A DNA stretch of 64,000 nucleotides from assembly GCA_016748015.1 (NCBI GenBank), contig JAAOMT010000496.1, positions 30,622-94,621 on the forward strand, given 5' to 3'. Origin of the DNA: Geosiphon pyriformis uo1. Its lineage: Eukaryota; Fungi; Glomeromycota. The notes beneath the pieces are model-generated. The model saw only the letters and a program-made list of their open reading frames with translations, did not search any database and was not told the DNA's origin. This document shows, one piece after another, positions 22,127 to 34,740 of this stretch (its first letter is position 1; the number at the start of each line of letters is the position of its first letter). Both the position numbers and the translations under genes were made by a program.

Positions 22127-24563
22127 CCTTGATCAGGGAGAGATGTTTTTGTCTCTACTGTAGAAGATATTTTATGATCTGCTTTTCTGTAAAATCAAGA
22201 AGCATGAACATCTGTTTGGCTACAGAATGTGCTCAAAGTTTTTCATAAAAACTGGCAAGCCTGATCTGAGGAATGGCTTGACTTCTTTTTTTGCTGCTGG
22301 TGCCTTTGTTAATAACACAATCTGGGTTGACAACTGTTTGACAGCTACACAAAACATTTTAAACATAGCCAGTGAGTTTTTTGCTATTAATGACATTTTG
22401 ATAAACACAGATAAAACAGTTACTATACCTATTAATTAGGGTGCCCAGGATGCTGTTTTGTTTATTAGTAGATCTAGGATTGCAATAGCGAGAAAAAAAG
22501 AGTCTCACAGGTACTTAGTTTCAGCTGTTTTACAGTCTATAGTTGGTTACAGACTGCAATTTAGCTTTGCCTCTAAGAGTGTATGTGAGAAGTGGAACAG
22601 ATTATTGAAAAAAGAGCTTAAGCTCAAAGCTAATCTGTCTACAGACTTTCCTAGTGAGGTGTTGTATCACTCTGAGTTTTATGGACTAAAAACTTTCAAA
22701 AAAAAGCTGACAGAAAATTTGTTGACTAACTTGGTTAATTTTGCCAATGCTGGTGGTATTCTTGGGAAATTTTTTGATCATAGGACAATGGATTTGTAGG
22801 TGGTGAGTTAAACACTCCAGCATTCTCTACATTTTCTGATCACATTATCTATTAGTTCTCTGAATTGTTTTCTAGCTGAAGCTACTTATGCTCTCACTTT
22901 GTGCAACTTTTCCTTGGGTGATACAATTCTTAATGTGTTTTGAGCCAGGTCTGGTGTACCCATTTTGGATGTGCTGGGCTTGGGTGTTTTCATAAGCATA
23001 GTCAAGTTTCTTAAAAGGTACAGCTTTGTTTTTACTAATCAAATTCTGAATCAACATAGTAAATGCTTCACTTAAGAAACTTTTCATAAATGAAAAAAGC
23101 TGGACCCTAGAAATCCAATTCCTGCCTGGTTTGTATCTCTGTCTGAATTTGTTGGGAATGGTGGTTTGGGTGATAACTTGGCTCTGGCATCTCGTCTCAC
23201 TTGTGATGATGTGTCTTGTGATATCAGTTTTGTTTCTAAGTGCTTACTTGTCTCTGAGTGTAGTCTCATTGAAGTTTATACAGACAGTTCTGTTAGAGGT
23301 ATAAGAATCATTGGTGCCTGTGGTGGTGCTGCTGTCTACTTTCCTGCAACTGACATGAGTGTTAGCATAAGAGTTTATGGCTTGTTGTTCTTGACGTTAG
23401 TGGAGCTACAAGCTATTGCTTTAGCTTTGGAATGTATGCTTGCTTTCAGTGCTGTTATTTTGTTCATGAACAGTCAAACATTACTGAATATGTGTAAGTT
23501 TGGTGTGAGTGTGTCTGGTCTTGATTTTTGCAGAAAGTGTTGATTAGAAAAGAAACATATTTATCATTCTATTTCAAAAAAGAATCTTTCGGTCATGTGG
23601 AAAAAGATTAAAAGACATTCAAGTATTGTTGGGAATGAACAAGCTGATTTTTTTGCTAATGCAGCAGTCACTTCTAAGTCTGTGCTTTCTTTCAATGTGC
23701 CATACTGCTTTTTTGGTATTGAAAACCAGTCTGTTTTAGGAAATATGCATCATTTTGTCAGAGGTTTGTTCAATGCTATTAATTTTGTCAATTGGAAATC
23801 CAAGTGTGCTTTCTATGTTGTGGACGAGAATTTTGCCTGTATAATTAATATGAGCAGATCTTTCAATATCTGGCATTCAAACAGTAGGATCTGATTGGGT
23901 TATACCAGTTCATCTTCAGCTTCTCTGTGATTGTATCTTGTGAAAACACTTCACTGCTGCTTACCAGTTGCTGTAAGGAAGAGGTTGTACAATCCCAAAT
24001 ATCCCAGCATATTATGTATCAGGTGTGGTTTAATTGAAGATTTGGATCACTCATTTTTGTGTGAACAGGACAAAAGTGCCAGAGAGAATTTGTTGTTGAC
24101 CACTTAAGTAAAATAGTATAAGATGGTTGGTTGTTCAGTCATGGAAGATTTGGTAGTCAAATCTATTTGTGAAGCTGGATCTGCTGGTGGCTTATACATG
24201 ATATTGGCCAAAAAGTTTGTTTTAAAAAGCTGGATGGCTAATGCTGTTCATCATTTCGGCTCTTAGTCTGGTAGGGATTTGGTCATTAGGTTGGTTTGCA
24301 GTATTTCCAAGTGTCACAGATCCAATGTTTGGTTACCTGCTGCTAAATTAAGATTCTTTTATGAAAAACATAATTTGTTGCCATGTAATGGCTCTGCTGT
24401 CCCTTTGGTTGTTGGTTTGTCATTCATTAGATCTGCTGGGGTCATCTGTGGTTTTGGTGTTAGACTAGGCATTCATGTGTGCTTTGGTTTGCATTTTCAT
24501 CTGTCCAATTTAGACTTTGGTTACTTAAGTCATGTCCTTGTAGTGGATTCTGTTAGTGTATAG
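22127..24563 (+). pseudogene. LINE ORF2 C-terminal part (RT, RNase H, CCHC finger)
   Basis: LDQGE; AFVNNTIW (from FVDD); RNase H VYTDSS / VELQAI / KIKRHSSIVGNEQADFFA; CIRCGLIEDLDHSFLC. Confidence 0.9.
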
Positions 24564-27500
24564 TGCTGCTTTAACTGGGCCAAGTGTCTAGTTATGTGTA
24601 GAAAGAGCATGAGCCACACTTAATTTAGAATTCTGTTTGATTTTATGTATTTAAGTAGTAATTGGGCTGCACTCGCAAAACAGAAATAAAAAATTAAAAA
24701 ATTAAAAATTTTCTATATTTTTTAATTATTCAACAAATTAAAAAATTTTTTTAACCAATCAAATATTGAAAAAATAATAAATTATTAAACAATATATTAA
24801 AATATTTTAAATAATATTTTTTTAGATATTTATAATAATTAAATTTAAAAAACATTTAAAAATTAAAATAATAATCAATTTTTTAATATTAATACTATTA
24901 AAAAATGACTTAAATATAATTTGGTTTAAATTTATTAGACATATAATTTATTTAATTAAAGCAATTTATCTTATAATTCTTAATTTTTTAAGATATTTAT
25001 ACTTTAAAAAAAAATACTTTATTAACTAATATTTTTGGTCTATAAAAATTATTAGTTAAAAAAATTCAAAAATATTTAATTCCAATAGTTAATAAATTAT
25101 TGTAATAATAAGTAAAATAAATATTTATAACTTTTTAATATTCAATTGGAAAAAAATTTTAAGTGGTTTTAATTTTAATATTTTGTAATATACTAATAAT
25201 TCAAAAGATAAGTATTTGTTTAATTTAATTAATTTAAAAATAATTTATTAATTATTTTATGATTAAATTTGTGATTTTTTAGGACATTCATTATATTATA
25301 TCTGTTATAAATATAAAAAAACATTTAATTTATTTAGTAATAATAAAAATATAAGAAATAATTATTCTGGCTTTGAAAAATATTTATTAAAAATCTTAAT
25401 ATTCAATAATATTCTGTACAAAATTATTAATAAGCTCAAAAAATATATATTATTATTAGCAAAAATTTAAGCTATTAATTAACATGAAATTATTTTTATA
25501 ATTTTTATTAATATATATTTATTTAAATTATTATTTATTATTTTATCAAGTTATTCAATTTATTATTTAATTTATAATTTAATTTATACAAAATACAAAT
25601 ATAATTAAATTGTAATGATTAAATTATATAATACACTAAACTATATAATATTAAAAATTTATCAAAATATTTAAAAATTTAATAAGATACTTAATAGTTT
25701 ACTAAAATATTAGAAAAAAATAATAATATAAAATAGTATTATAATAAATTATATAAAAAAAAAGCTTTTTTTTAAAAAAAAATGTATTTTTATTTAAAAT
25801 AATCAAGCAATTAGTAAAAATTATTTTAAAAAATTTAAAAATTTTAATTATTATTTTTTTTATATTGTTAAATAGTCTATAGTTAAGATTTTTTGTAAAA
25901 AATTAACTTTTATAATAAAGTAATTACATATTATTTATGAAGTTTATAGATAAAATATTTTTGCAAAGTAACTATATAAAATAATTAATATAAAATTGTT
26001 CATTTTAATATAAATTTAATAACATATATAGTTTAAAATATAAAAAAATACTTTGGAAGAAAATTAGCTTATTAGAATTTATTGACTTTTATCAACAATA
26101 AATTAATAGCAAAATAGTATTAATAATATTAAAAAAGAAATAAAAAAATCTTTAATAACAATATTAATAAATTAAAAAATATTTAGAGTATATTAAACAC
26201 AATTTTTTAATTTTTATATATAAAAATCCTTAAAGTAAGACAAATTAATCATGTAATTAACTATTTTTAATAATAATATATAATATTAACTAATAAAATT
26301 AATTTTAATTTTTATATAATAAATTCTAATTAACAAAATTAATTCATTAATTTATATTAATAATATATAAAAATAAACAAAAAAACATTTAATTTTATTA
26401 TTACAAATTGATTAAAAAACTTATTAATTGTTTTTTTACATATTATTATTTTATTATTAAAAAATAATTATTAATTGTTTTTAATATTTTTTAAGAACAA
26501 ATCTTAATACTTTTTTTTAAATATGCAACAAATTTTTTTATTTTATCTGTGTTTTTTTATTTGCTAAATAATAATACTAATTTTTAATTCTATTAAATAA
26601 TTTATTTATTTTATATAAATTTTTTTCTATAATCTTTTTAATTTCTTAATGTTAAAATACTTCTATTAAGCTATAAAATTAATATATATCCAAATGGTTT
26701 TTTTAAAAATTTTTTTGAAAACTTTTTTATATTTTAAATGTAAAAATATTAATATTATTACAAAATTATTTGTAAAAAACATAATAACAAAAAAGCATAT
26801 ATTAACAAAAAAATTAGAATTACATTCTGTAAATAAAAGCTTTATTACTTTTTTTTTATAATCTTTTTAAAAAAGTATGCACTTTTTTGCAATAAGTTTT
26901 TGAACAAAAAAAAACTTGTGAATTCAATAAAAATTTTAAAGCTTAAATTAACAATAAAAATTGTTTAAATATAAAAATTAAGAACAATTTTTTTATAATG
27001 GTTTTTTTTTTAATATTAACTTTTAAAATTATATGATATATACATATAATAAAAAAAATAATAATAATTAATAAATAATATAATCAATAAAATAATTAAA
27101 GAATAAAAATATATTATATTATTATTGATTACTATAGAATTATCTCTTTTTTTTCTTTTAGTAATATATATAATTAAGTATTTTATAATAATATTATTTT
27201 ATATTATAATAATATACTATTTATAATATACAATTATAAATATATGAAATAATATGATTAAATTTATATAATAAATATAATCAAAATTATTATAAAAATA
27301 TACTAATTTAAATATCTTAATTTATTATATTGTCTTATTTATATAAAATAATTACAAATTTGTATTTAATTTAATATGTTTTTTATTTTTATTCTAATGT
27401 ATTTTTTATTTTCTGATTTAGTGCATTTTTATTTGTATTTTTTATTTTCTGATCTATTATGTCTTTAATATTATATTTTTGATTTTATTTATTGCTTAAC

Positions 27501-30500
27501 TCTTTTAATATATAAGCTTTTCTAATTATATTATAATATAACAAGTTTTATATTTATAAAACTCTCACAAATTAACACAAGAAATTTAACAATATATTTA
27601 AATATAGTTATATAGTAAACACAAAAAATTTAGTATACTAAAAATTTAATTTATGTATTATAAATTAGATTGTATTTATATTCTAATTGGCTAATAAATT
27701 ATATTTTATTTAAAGTTGTAAAATTTTGGCATTTTTATATTCTAATTGCTTAATAAAAATTCAAAATTACATATTATATAAAATTATATAAGACATAGAA
27801 TTTTAAATTTCTTTTTTTTTATAATAATATAATATATATTTGTTTTTTTAAAGTATAAATAAAAAATAATAAAAGCAATTAAAAAAATATAATATTTAAA
27901 AACTCTAAATTTAAAAAATTGATTATAAAAAACAATAAAATAAATCTTATTATATATATAAAAAGTTTTTATATTAAGTTTACTATAATAAAACTTAAAA
28001 AAATTTGTTAAAGTTATTTAAAGAAAAAGTAAATATTGTCAAGTTTAAAATATTTGTTGTTTAAGTAATTTCTCAAAATATATTTTGTATTTATTTAAAT
28101 TAAACAATTAGTTATAATATTGTAAATTGTATTTATATAGCTAATTTAACTTATATTATACATTACTTATATTATTTTATTAAAATTTAGATTGTAATAA
28201 ATGTTTTTAATTTATGTTTAAAAAATATGTACTGTATAAAAAATAACATTACACTTTAGTTCTTTTTTATAAAAGCCAAAAAATAGCTGTAATACTGTTT
28301 GCTTTAATATTACTTTAATTAAAAAGCATATATTATAAAATTTATAAAAAGCAAATATTTGAATGACTTTTAATCTTACTGTGACTGCTTTACTGTTTTT
28401 TTATTAACAAAAAAATTTTTATTAACAATTTAATATTTATAGCTATTATAAATATATATAATAAACAAGTATTAAATATGTTTATTGATATTATAAATAG
28501 AATTAATTATCTATAATATATTAAATTTACAGATTGTTTTAAAGTTACAAAACAATAATTTTTTTAATTAAAAACTTATTAATATAAAAATATTAATTTT
28601 TAGATTAATTTTATTAATAAGATAAAAATTTATTAGATTTATTAGTTTATGTTTAATATTAAAGACATTTTAAGTTTTTAGTATTTTTTTAGATAATATT
28701 AACAATTATTTATAATGTATAATCTTTGAATGCTTTTTTGGCAACATTATTTTTACCAAATTTTGACTATTTTTGTATATTATATTTATTTAAAAAGTAA
28801 TTATAATCAAAAGTGTTTTTTATTTTCTTAATATGAATTTTTATTATTATAGTGAACTAAATTATTTTTATTTTAATCTTATAATTAATAAAAAACTGTT
28901 TTTAAATTATACAAAAATTTTTAAAAAAAATATTATTTTTATACTCACTTGATTTTTGAGATTTAGAAAATTAATAAATATTTGTTTTTATTTATCACTA
29001 TTTATTTGTTTATTTTTATTAAATTTAATTTAAAAATTGTTAATAAGTATTTAATCATTTTTAAATTTTTGATAGAAAATTTAAATAGTTTAGTAATATT
29101 AAAATAGTACTTATAAAAATTTAATATAATAATAAAAGCATTTTAAATAAAAATAACAAAAAAAAAGATATAATATAATAATAAATTTAGTTTTAATAAC
29201 AAAAAAACAAAAATAATAATAACAAAAAAATACATAATAATAAAACATAGTTTTAGTAATATAAAAACAAAAAAAAACATATACAATAATAAATTTAAAG
29301 TAAGTTTTAGGAAATATATAATAAAAAGAGTTTTTTGGTAAGTTTTATTAACAGAAAAAGAAATAAAAAATTCAAAAAACTTATATTCATATATTTTATA
29401 ATAATTTTAACTTTAAATACTTTTTAAAAAACTTTTATATATATCAATATATAGTTATATTGTTTATTATTTCGTAATTAACCAATCAAATCATATTTAC
29501 AAATTATGTATATTGATAATTTGAACTTAATTTTAGCTTTATTTTTAACCAATTTGTTTTACTTTAAAAAATTTTTATATATAGATATTTAATAATTTGC
29601 TATTATTAATTTTATATATAATATTTTTTTAAGTATTAAACAACAAATATTAACTGAATAAATAAGTTTCTTAATTTAATTAAAAATATTTATGACAAAC
29701 AATTTATTATTTTTAATATGTATTTATATATATATTACTTTAAAGAATTCTTAATTATAATTTATTTTATGTATATTAATGTTTTACTTATAAACAAATA
29801 AATTAATAAGTATTTGTTTTATTTGTTTTTAATATAATAATTTAATAATAATAAAATTTTAAAATTATAGAAAATTATTAACTATATTAATATCAAATTT
29901 TTCTATTAAAATTAAAGTTATAAATTAATTTAATTAATAAATCTAAGTACAATAATTAGTGCAAAAAGCAATATCAACTTTTTTGAAATTAATTGTAAAA
30001 TTTTTAATGTTACTAAAATTATTTAATTTACTAATTAAAATATTCTTAAAAAAATTTTATTTATAGTTAAACAAACATTAAAATTCTGAAATTTGGTTTT
30101 GTAAAATTTAACAACTTAAATTATTAAAATTAAACAAATACTTAAAGAACTCAAAAAGCCATTTTAAAAATTAATCTTAGATAAATATATTCTTTAAATA
30201 CTTATATAATATTATTAAAATACTTATTTAACTTTGAAATTTAAAAATATAATATTTTAATTAATTATAATTTAAGTTATTTCTTAAATTATTTAAGCTT
30301 CAATACTTATAATTAGTAATATAATATTTGAATTCTTAATGAATTAATCTGATTTTAATGTTTATATTATAGCATAATTTTTGGATAATTAACAAAAAAT
30401 ACATTATTAACGAAATATTATTTGGTATTATTTTAAATATTTTTTAGAAATATCAGATAATAATAATAATCTTACCAAATAAAATATTTACTTTGTTATA

Positions 30501-30768
30501 TTAATTAATATAAACCAAATAAATTTCAAAATTATTTTTATATTTATAAAAATTATTATAATATTTTAATTTTAACATATTTAAAAATAATGAATATTAA
30601 ATTATAAAATAAAAGTTTTTATTCAAATAATTATTATTTAATAATTTTAGATTAAAAAATTATGAATCAGTTTATTAAAGCAAAATATATATAACAAGAA
30701 ACAGAAAAAATAATTGTTGTAATTTTATTAAATTAAAAATTAAAAATTTAATTATATATATATTTTAA

Positions 30769-33005
30769 TTTTTTTTTATTAAAATTTAACAAGCAAAGCC
30801 CAACTATTATTTAAAAATTAGGAACAAATTAAGAGTTCTAGTGCTAAATGTAGTTTATGTGTTTTTTATATATAACCAGCTACTTAAGCCAATTTAGACT
30901 ATACTATATTAATACTTTAAAAGAAAACTTATCCAAAGAAGACATCCTCTAAATAATTTTAAATAATGTAGTACTATTATTAATTAATTTAACCAACTAC
31001 TTAACTATTTTAAAGACATCAGTCTTAACAACAACAGATTTATGTTTTCAGAATGACAACAAATTAGAAAACATATTATTATTAACAGAAAACAAACCTA
31101 CATAAAAGCCAGACATATTAATGCCTTTATAATTATACTTAGTTTTCAAAGCAATTACCTTGTATTTCGGTTTACCAACAGCTTTGTTGAAGAAATCCAT
31201 GTGTACCAAAACTTTATTGACCTTAAAGCCAAGAGCATTATTTGAAACCAAGTTTTTATTAATAAATTGTTCAAACAATTTTACCATGAAACCAATAGGC
31301 TTAGCAATAGAATTAACCAAAGTAAAAAGCTTAGCCAACTCCAATTCTAAAGAGATCAATCAAAAAAAGACCATAAAATTATCAAATATTATATCAGCAG
31401 AAAAAACTGATTCAACTAAAGAACCAGAGACCAAAAAAGACACAAAAACAGCAGCTTTGGCATATAATATACTACCAACAACATAAGAGGTAAACACCTT
31501 AGGAATTCTAAGAGGGAAAAATGAAGGCATCTTACAATTCAAAACCAGATAATCTGAATTTTGGCACCAAAAACAGTGCCAATTTTTAGAAGTTTTTCAC
31601 CAGATGCAGCACTTTCTCACTGTACTAGTTTTAATAACAACAGAATCCAAATTAGCTTGAAAACCAAATGTAACCAAGACAAATCAGAAATGTTAACCAA
31701 AATTAAAAAACTGAAAAATAAAATATGTTTGACTACTAACTTGAAAGATTATATTATTAATCTCAAAAGCAGTACAGCCAGAAGGGAGGTTAACCAACTT
31801 AATCTTGAACACTATCTTTGTCCACCAAAATCAACCAATGAATGAAAACAGATGTAGCAGTATTTAATTCTTTAAAATAAACAACCACATATTGCCAAAC
31901 ACTAGCAAACTTCAATACAACATGAGAAACTTTACCAAAAACACCAAAAGCTGACTTAATATTAGTAACAGATATATTTAAAAGCATATTATGCAGTATA
32001 ACAGCAGCAGGAAAAGAACCAGACTTAGAAACCACTAAAAACTTGGCAATTTTAAAAGTGGCAAGACAAACAAAGCTTGTAAGCTCAACCAAAAATGCAA
32101 CATTCAGAGAATCTTGAGAAGCAAACTTCATACAAAAAAGCTTTACATTGTCCTTAAAAACAGATTTTGCATTCAGAAAACCATGTATAAACTGAAAAAC
32201 AGTCTTAATATAAGTTAATTTAATTTTAAAAGTAGCACCAAATACCAGAGTAAAAGCCATCTACTCAGCAAATTTTTGACAACTAATAATGATTTTCTAA
32301 GTATCACTTACAACAGTACCAAAAACCAGAGAAAAAGATAATTCAGTTTCTATTTAGTTAGCCTAGTCTCCAAGAACAGATAACCCAATAGAAAATATTT
32401 GCTTTGCTTTCTAAATCAGTAAGAATTTGCTAGAAAGTACCATATTTGGCAATACAGCCAGTGGTTAATTTTGGCCCATTTTAGATAACATGCTGGATAA
32501 AACAGTAAAGATCTTATCTAAAATCTTATTTGGAATCATAAAGGAGTTTGGTGTAATAATAGTAGAGACAAACAACTGCTCTCATTTTTTTAAACTTTTG
32601 GTCTTTTTGACCATTTTTTTTGAAAAAGAGATCCTAGTAACACTTGGTGTTAAAGCTACAAAAGGGAAAATCAACTTATTGACTAATTTGTTATTAAAAA
32701 TTTTTAGGCTCTTTAAAAAAGTAGAGACAATACTGGAATTAACCTAAATGTGTTTCTTTGAAAGAACTTTGACTGATAAAAAACCAGCCAAAGATAAAAA
32801 AATTGTTTTAGTAGCTACTAAAAACAGTTTTTTATGATTATTAAATAAAAAAAAACCTTTAAAACATTTTACCTAATTGCTTTTACAATAAAAAAAGCTT
32901 TTTTGGTTAAAATCTTATTAAATATTTTAGGAAAGATATCAGATACAGCTTTTTTACTCTTTGCTCTGGTTATGGTCATAAAATTAAGAAGACAAAAAGT
33001 ATTTT
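30769..33005 (-). mobile_element. ORF1-only non-autonomous non-LTR retroposon, copy A (HAL1-like), degenerate
   Basis: A single decayed ORF runs from ATG 32979 to stop ~30904, colinear with 41518-43646 and with the same 5' start. It is followed directly by the LINE-type 3' UTR (30790-30903) and an A-run. No endonuclease or RT sequence. Confidence 0.8.
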
Positions 33006-33299
33006 TAATTTAATAAATTATTATATTAATTATTTATATATAATATAATATATATACTTAATTTATTCTTTTTTTTTTGTTTACTTTATTTTTGTTTTTT
33101 ATTATTATATATTTTAAATATAAGTAAAAAAAAAACAAACAAACAAAATATCTTTATAACTACAAAAAAAATATTAAAAAAACTATAAGTACAGTATATT
33201 TAATAATAGTTAATATTTTTATATATTTTAATAGTATTATAGATATTATTTTTAATTTTTTTAATAATAATTTTATTTTTGGTGTGTAAATATTTTTTA

Positions 33300-34735
33300 A
33301 AATAAAATAAAACATAATTATAGACAGTAATAATTAATGTTTTTTTGTAAACTTAATTATTAATAAAAATTATATACTAATATAATTTGTTACATATTTT
33401 TTTTTATTAAAAATATTTTTTTATTTAATAATATCTTTTTATAAACTAAATATAACTTATTGTTTTACTTTTTTGTTACATAAATTGACCAAATTATTTA
33501 AAATATATAATTAACAATAGTATTTAATAATAGTTTAATATTTTTTTTGTTATTATTATAATATGTTTTTAAAAATAAATATTTTTTTGGTTAAATATAT
33601 ATATAAAAATATCTACTTGCAGTTTTTTTTCTTTGGTTTTTTTTTTAAAATTGAATTATAACAAATTAATTTTAATATTATTAACTTATAAAACTTAATA
33701 AGTTTTAATTATTGGATTTTTTTTATTTAAGTTAAATATAAAATACTTTACTAATAGTTTTAAATTAATTATAAGTTGTTAATACATATACATAATATTT
33801 ATTATAGCTTAATTACAGTTTTTATGTGTTTTAATTAAATATAACATCAATTTTAAACACCTAATTATTATTAATAAGTATTTAATATTAAATAGTTTTT
33901 ATAATTAAAACTTTGATAAATGTAATAATATTATTAATTTTAAAAAAAAATTGTTAATTTTGCCAATTAAAATTTTTGTGGCTTTATTATTAGTAATAAT
34001 ATATATATTAATAACTTAATTAGTTTATAAACTATTTAATAATATTAATGTTTATTAAATTATTATTAAAAATAAACTTAATAAAATAACTATTAATTTT
34101 GATACTTATATACATAATATTAATAAGCTTATTAAAATTAAAAGTAGTTTTACTAAAAAAAAGTTTTTTCAATTTTATTTTTTAAGTCAAAAAAAAAAAT
34201 AACAGTAAAAGTATTGTTTTTAATAATTATTATATGTAAAATAATATAATAATTAGAATAATAAAATCTTTAATTAATATTAATTAGTTGAATTTTTGTA
34301 ATAATAAAAAGACTTAAATAATTTTGAAAATTTAAAAATAATAACTGTATATTTACCAAATTTTTTGTATGGTTTTTTGGATATTGTTTAATATTATCTA
34401 AAATTAGCTATTAAATAATTATTATTAATTATTAATTTTATTAAATAATTAGTTTTAGATTTTAGATTTGAATTAAAAATTATAGATATAGCTATTATAA
34501 TTATAGTGCTTGTTTTTATAACTATAATTAATAAATAAATTAAGATTATAATTAAAAATAAAATACATAAATAAGTTATTATTAAAATAGTTATAAAACT
34601 AGTACATACTATTGTTTTTGTAAAAATTTAAATTTATAGCTTAAGATTTAGAAATTTTAATCAAAGTTTTAATATTGATTTTTAATTGTTAATTACTTAG
34701 TTATAAATAATAATTAATTTAATAATAATAGTCAT
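33300..34735 (-). mobile_element. Extremely decayed Gypsy gag-protease remnant
   Basis: 33850-34200 aligns by eye with the protease region 18760-19140 after G>A/C>T decay. 34630-34690 matches 57644-57705. Confidence 0.55.
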
Positions 34736-34740
34736 AAATA

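Larger units (their letters stand above)
8089..24690 (+). mobile_element. LINE copy 2: full-length (5' UTR, ORF1, ORF2, 3' UTR, A-rich tail), interrupted by a 9.9-kb Gypsy element
   Basis: The 5' end AAAAAAACTTCTTTCTCTTTTACCTCC matches the start of LINE copy 3. Removing 12203-22126 restores the RT motif VHD(G)LDQGE. The 3' UTR is at 24564-24676. Confidence 0.92.

Noticed and set aside
30755-30780. TSD for retroposon A and for the LINEs
   Set aside because: Flanks are low-complexity A/T, so candidates such as TTTTAATTT are not distinguishable from chance.
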